Assembly: GCF_000150275.1 (NCBI RefSeq)
Contig: NW_002060944.1
Span: 6,113,102 to 6,177,101 of the forward strand
Reading direction: 5' to 3'
Length of the DNA: 64,000 nucleotides
From: Trichoplax adhaerens
Lineage: Eukaryota; Animalia; Placozoa
Position numbers and translations under genes: made by a program. The notes below the pieces were generated by a model. That model ran no database searches. It was not told the origin of the DNA and was given only the letters and a program-made list of their open reading frames with translations. This document shows, in pieces, positions 58,601 through 64,000 of this stretch; the stretch's first letter is position 1; each line of letters starts with the position of its first letter.

Positions 58601-60920
58601 TAATACGATATCTCTTCTCCGTTTGAGTATATATCTAGAGCCAATTTAATGTGTACTGTAGACTGGCTATTATAAATTTTATCGGCAATTGTAAATGAAA
58701 CAGATTTCAACTAGAATATAAATCACGATAAGAAAGTTATCCTCGACAGACGATCGCTATTAATACAAGCATCTCACTCATATTTGATTTCGATGTCAAT
58801 AAGATTTTGAGGATTATTGACTACAAGTCCCGTATTGATATCATATTTATATTGGAATGCATGTGTTTGGTTAAAAGGGTTCGTAGACGTATTACATGAT
58901 AAATTTTACTAGGAAAGAATTAATTCAATCCATAGATTATGGCGGCTTGCACTACCAATTGTAATCTTAACTAATTACAGCCCTGAATTGTTATATGGGG
59001 CTATTACATCGATAAATTTTTACTATTAACTATCTTATTTCTATTTAACTTTTATTAAGTCAGCCCGTGAAATTTCGTCGAAATAGTACATCGCAGTTTA
59101 CCTAGCAATCATAAGCTTAATATATAGACAATCTGTTACTGCTTTCATACCTTCATTAAAGCTGGCGACTGGTTTTGATAGAGTTAACCCATGTTCCAAA
59201 AGGTTAAGGTTCAAGGTTAATGAAATATAGGGTAAAAATAGTACTTTAGTATAAGACAGTAGCCTATTTTACGTGATATATTAATATTATCATAATATTG
59301 TTATGTATTTAATTAACAGCAAGATATCATAAGCAAAATTAAAAATAAAATTTTAGAAGATTTTATATTTGAAAGCATAACTTCATCATTATTTTTATGA
59401 AATCTTGTTAGATATAAAACTATGATGTTGTGTTATATCAATCACAATACTAAGTCCGGTGCAATTATAGTAATGACTAATCTTGCATACCCATCGTTTA
59501 ATCGATAATAAAATGATATTAGGGTAATTATAATAAATAATATTAAGCATGACTTATTGCAATGAGTAGCAATATTAAGATATTTTAAAAGCTTAATAAC
59601 CTTGAATCCAATAAAAATACTAAATTCTATTATAAATTAATGATCTAGGAACCGAAAATAATTCTTTTTCTCAGTACGTGTAAAATCTATTTACCCTCAA
59701 TTATCATCAAAATATGCCGGCTATTGCCGGTATAACGTAATGAAGTCTGGAAACAAAACACTCAGTAATAATAGACTAAAGATCTATAGCATTGGTGGCA
59801 ACAAAATTTTAACATTTTATTCTTCTAATCATTAAACTGGAATTACTGATTGTGAATCAAATACTATATACGATAATAAAGTGTAGTTACGCAATAATGT
59901 TACTTTACAAAGCTGTAACTTATCCGGTGTCTCGAGTCCAAAATTGTTATAGGGGAAAAATACTTTTAATTTAATGTGATACTTATTTTGTCAACAGTGT
60001 CATAGTCTATACGCCGAAGGTACCGGCTTTAGTCATCACTTGCCATGATCTGATGTTATTACACTCGTCTACGTGTACTAGGAAGCAAGACGGAATTCAG
60101 TAAACACTTTACGTAGCTAGGGTAAATAAGACACAGTTTTAGCCATCCGGCTACTAATCTGCACTTTATGCGATATTTCTGAGCTAAAATATAAATATAT
60201 CCTGTAATAAGATGCCTATGACTTAAAAGGCATGCTAGAATAATCGCTATTTTTGCCATGAGAGATTAATACTAAGCAAATTACGACTAATAAAATGGAT
60301 GAGAACATACGATTCTGATCCTTTATTTTCAGAGCAATTCGTTAATGCTAGCTAGATAAAGTATACCGTAAATGTACCAGATCACATGCCTTTATCGAAG
60401 TGATAACTCGTCAAAGTAGCGATAATTTAATTTTGACAATAGATTCTCTCCACCGTTGTGGATTGAAATAGAAAGAAATATGTGGTCCAGATAAAGATTA
60501 ATCTATTAATAATTTTGTCCACTAATAAATTCTTCTGAAGCTATAGCTTATATCGTTACTGATAATTACTGAAATTGTAAAGAAGTAAAAGAGCAAAGAA
60601 TTTGTCATGGTTAGTTGGTCAATAGAGTTACAGCAGTATCACCATTGATATCTATGATGATAAAATCGATATCTACAGTAATTATCGATAATCGGTAGGA
60701 GCTGGAGTAATACTGTATATACTATCCATTAGGTCCAGATGAGAAACTTCTCTGATAGTTGAGGAAAAAATTTCGGTATCTATTTCAGCATTTTACGATA
60801 ACTGGTTTAATCAGTTTCGACTAGTAATTATAATTACTTCACTGGTATCAAATCCATGCGCTTCTAGCTATAAGACTTACATCCGGCAACCAGTAGAAGG
60901 ATTACCAAAATATTCTTCAT
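46647..60920 (-). CDS. Otoancorin/stereocilin/mesothelin-family GPI-anchored protein, 26 coding exons, ~1156 aa
   Basis: Phase-consistent GT-AG exon chain: 60920-60881 (signal MKNILVILLLVAG), 56754-56622, 56549-56420, 56051-55911, 55072-54894, 54768-54588, 54230-54106, 53775-53664, 53544-53359, 53249-53196, 52535-52371, 51918-51766, 51207-51119, 50756-50639, 50544-50429, 50017-49885, 49748-49552, 49469-49361, 49281-49152, 49047-48875, 48661-48506, 48383-48238, 48127-47985, 47865-47768, 47065-46873, 46717-46647 (3471 nt). Motifs LGSLVCGM, KAKQIWGDPSTFQPNQFLSLG and AFTSGQI..SQALAVTAQQRSQLS resemble STRC/OTOA. It ends in a Thr-rich stalk and hydrophobic tail FVAFIFTLFLTILAM*. Linkage of exon 1 is less certain than the rest. 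Confidence 0.82.
47116..47640. repeat. Intronic tandem repeat, 4 diverged copies of ~130 bp
   Basis: Each unit is like CATGAAGTTGAAAGAAAGCT..AGGCGTTATT..TAAGC..GACTAGTCATAAATTAT..; unit starts ~47116, 47249, 47382, 47513. Confidence 0.85.
50734..51093. repeat. Three ~120-127-bp tandem copies spanning a 3' splice site
   Basis: CARGAGCTAAATTACCAATTTTTCTA begins at 50734, 50853 and 50980, each followed by a homologous AT-rich tract. Confidence 0.9.
56821..57089. repeat. Intronic tandem repeat, ~3.5 copies of ~75-85 bp
   Basis: AATAAACTGCTAAAA....TGTCGACAGATGAG..GATCCTAATTTAGCAT repeated. Confidence 0.85.
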
Positions 60921-61298
60921 GATTTTAGATAAATCGGGCCGTTTGTGCTGGTATAATATTTATTATAACTGAAAAGCAAGGTGAAAATCATTGTATTTGT
61001 GTTAAAATAAAAGCCTATATCTCCATCCATTCAAAAAGCTCAATCTTGACATCTCTGTTGTAGACAACTTTCTCTAATATTAACGATAAGTTATGATGAT
61101 AAATCTTGTTCAAGTCGCTGCATTACAGATATTACAAGAAGCTTTCATACTTACCTTCCTTATGCGAATGAAATAGACTTGTCAGAATTGATAGGAGAGT
61201 GAGCTACAGATAAGAAAAGGATTGAAGTATAATCGATTAAAGGCGTCTACACGCTCTTCCCGTTAAGTCAATAAGAGCTAATCTAATTGACTCCCTTA

Positions 61299-61306
61299 TG
61301 ACGTCA
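61299..61306. promoter_or_regulatory. Perfect CRE palindrome in the putative promoter of the otoancorin-like gene
   Basis: TGACGTCA lies ~145 bp upstream (minus-strand sense) of a strong donor, AAG|GTAAGT at 61154, that pairs with a TTTTCAG acceptor at 60969 (putative 5'UTR intron). Confidence 0.35.
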
Positions 61307-63878
61307 ATGGAGCTAAGTTCATGAAGAGGCGTTCCTGTTACCACCCTTTATTCAGCTAGCGATTTAGCCTTATTGATGAATCAACAGTCAATCATGATCA
61401 ATAATAACGTTTGTTATTTTTATAGGAAAATCTTATGAATAGAATTGATAATAAGCTTAAGGATAGATTGTATCATTTTAATTATCTTGATATATCGATA
61501 TCATTTAGCTCGCTTTCTGTTTGTTCGATCAAAGCCAGATGAGCAACTGATTGAACAAGGCTCAAGACTGATAGCTTTTGTAAATAAATAAGCTTACAAA
61601 CAACAGTTCTCTCCATCATCCTATCCATAATATAATCGGTTCAAAAAATTTCCAAAACTTTTGATTGCAATTGTCATCATCATGCGAGCAAATTGATATA
61701 CATATATCATATACGTATCTATCTTCAAAAGATCATTCTGGCCATAATAAAAATAGAGTATAACCATGCCTAAGTTAATTTACTACTCATATTTATAATA
61801 GTGCTAAAATATCTGTGGTTCATTTGTATTATACCAGAATAACCGGTAACGTAACGTCGTAAACTTTTACAACTCCAAACAAATGAATCATCAACAGTGT
61901 TAATTACCAATAGAGATATGATTCCTGGAAAAAGTTACTACGATTTGTACTGGTTTATTTTGGCAATAAGAGACAAAATTGGGTTAGATGGTGACGTCTA
62001 TAATCTTGCTTTTTGATATCGTTAGACGAATCGGAATTACTGAGGTGCAAAAACGCTTTGATAATCGAGACTTACCGCATTGTAAACAATGCTTACTTGT
62101 ATGGTAGAAACTGACGGATCATGAATATCAAGGTGAAAGCACCATTGTACTCAATTCCGTCATAACACCTTACTCTGATTCTAAGGATTGACAGCAGCAT
62201 CTTAACAAAGTATTACAGTTAACCTTTGGACTGATGTACAACTTACGGTATATTTCCCCAGAAGACTTTAATTTTATTTACCATGTAATCGCACTAGCAA
62301 TAATTGTTTAACATTTTGCACTTGGATACAGGAAAGCATTATCAAAATTTTAATGATCTAATTTACGGCTAGTTTTTATTCGATTTAATATACGTATACG
62401 CGTATATTGTGGGCTTAGAAAAAATGAGGATAACATGTAATTGAGGTAGTCAATATTTTGCAGTCGCTATGATTAGCTGCAAATTTATAAAAGTCAAAGC
62501 AACTCATTGAATTAATAAATTACTGACAACTGGTATTATTTTGTACTACATTGATTAGCGCTAGATTACTGTGTGTTATCAAATACTTTCTTAATTAAAA
62601 GAAATGACCTTTTCCATTAAATCGGAGATAGACGTTAAAATAGAGTATTACGTTGAATATTAAAACCAACTGGAATGATGTAGGGTCGTATAAAAGATCT
62701 GATGCAACAGTGACCTAAATTCTTTGAATGGCTATAACATATTAAGATTGAATTTAGATACGCTTTCATTTGCAACATAGTTATAAACTTCATCTGGATT
62801 AGATTATGTGTGGAATATGCGATAATTCGTGGATTAAATTCTATTTAATTCCGATGTGGTAAATAAGGCTATAAGTACATTAACAGCAGACTTTGTGTGG
62901 GGAATGATATTAGTAGTCCTTATTGAAGTATCTAAGATGATTACTAGTATCTACATTCAGTATTTCTTTCCAAATGAGGCAAACGATCGTTGATGTGGAT
63001 AAGGAATAAAAATTAAATTAAATATTACATCATCTTGAACTATTCTGCTGACTACTTTTAAATAAGACATTACAATTGTTGGAATAACTTATTCGGAAAT
63101 GTAACTTTATTTCATATAATAACAACGGCCACATTGTAATGATTAGGGCAGTAGTATAACGGATACAAATAATAAACGCAAATAAAATAATGCCTAGGTG
63201 AACTTAGATAGATTAGAACCTGTGATGTTCATAAAGAAGTACATCAAACGATTCGAAATTCATTGACCTGTTGTGCAGAAGCATTCATGATATGGTAATA
63301 CATTCTTTTTTTGTAACAGTTAATTAATTTAACAAAAGCAATACCAGTAGTATTGTTATAGAAATCAAAGACATCAATTCAGGAGCAATACATTAAATGT
63401 ACAATGAAATAGCAGAAAGTGACGCCAAGACGATATAAAAAATTTGTATTTAAACATTGCATACATTGTGATACGATTTGATTATAAGTAAAGGTTTAAA
63501 TTAAATTTTTGCACCAGGAAAAAATTGTGTAGATTGTTGAATTTCAATCTACGATACTAATTTTAGTCATTATTAGCTCAATCACTTTCGAAATTACACA
63601 TTTATAGCCTCGTTACTAATGTGAAGGGAATATAAATTATTTAGAAATGATAAATAAAATTTAATTTACGATATTAGATTCCATGCTTGATATCAACCAT
63701 TGGCTTTTCTTGATTTTTTATCTAAAATAAGAATGTCCTTATTAATGACAACGCCATCGAAATACGATAAAGCATTTCTTGTCAAGTGACAAGTTTAAAT
63801 TTGGTATTAATTGATAATTGTAAATATCTCATTGCGACACTATGAATAGCTCCGTAGGATCTACAAAATTTTTGTACA

Positions 63879-63950
63879 CTAACTCTTTAGAAATGCCTTC
63901 TTCCAAGTAATTGCATCAGGTGACAGCGCTTGCATATTATGTTTGCAATC
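63879..63950 (-). CDS. Possible terminal exon of an unknown minus-strand gene continuing beyond the window
   Basis: TAG acceptor followed by 24 codons, DCKHNMQALSPDAITWKKAFLKS*, slightly more GC-rich than the flanks. No recognisable motif. Confidence 0.25.
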   Translation of the reverse strand, partial: DCKHNMQALSPDAITWKKAFLKS

Positions 63951-64000
63951 CTATACATAGCATAATATATAAAGTATGTTTACAAAATTATGGTTTACAG

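Noticed and set aside
57769-60259. ORFs 57769-58017 and 60059-60259 within the long first intron
   Set aside because: No recognisable motifs or supporting splice pattern; lengths are within chance expectation.

Overview
AT-rich, intron-dense eukaryotic DNA with mostly short GT-AG introns. The compact layout suggests an early-branching animal, probably a placozoan (Trichoplax-like); that assignment is inference. Manual splicing on both strands gives 11 protein-coding genes: DCLK3-like kinase (+, 5' part off-window and interrupted by an N gap), SOD2 (-), WDR5 (+), PHYHD1 (+), a type II membrane sulfotransferase (+), CCDC12 (+), three tandem MIF/tautomerase paralogs (-), TTC21B/IFT139 (+), and a 26-coding-exon, ~1156-aa otoancorin/stereocilin/mesothelin-family protein with signal peptide and GPI signal (-). 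Best leads: (1) the MIF triplet has the same exon structure but graded active-site loss, including a paralog with no Pro1; (2) the otoancorin/stereocilin-like protein has a mesothelin-style RRRR site separating a basic Trp-repeat N-terminal part from a ~327-aa GPI-anchored part, and one intron carries duplicated decoy splice acceptors; (3) (CAGTA/TACTG)n arrays mark the promoters of the housekeeping genes; (4) an RFX X-box-like site lies upstream of IFT139. No rRNA, tRNA, CRISPR array or recognisable transposon was seen. Family calls come from remembered motifs, not database searches.
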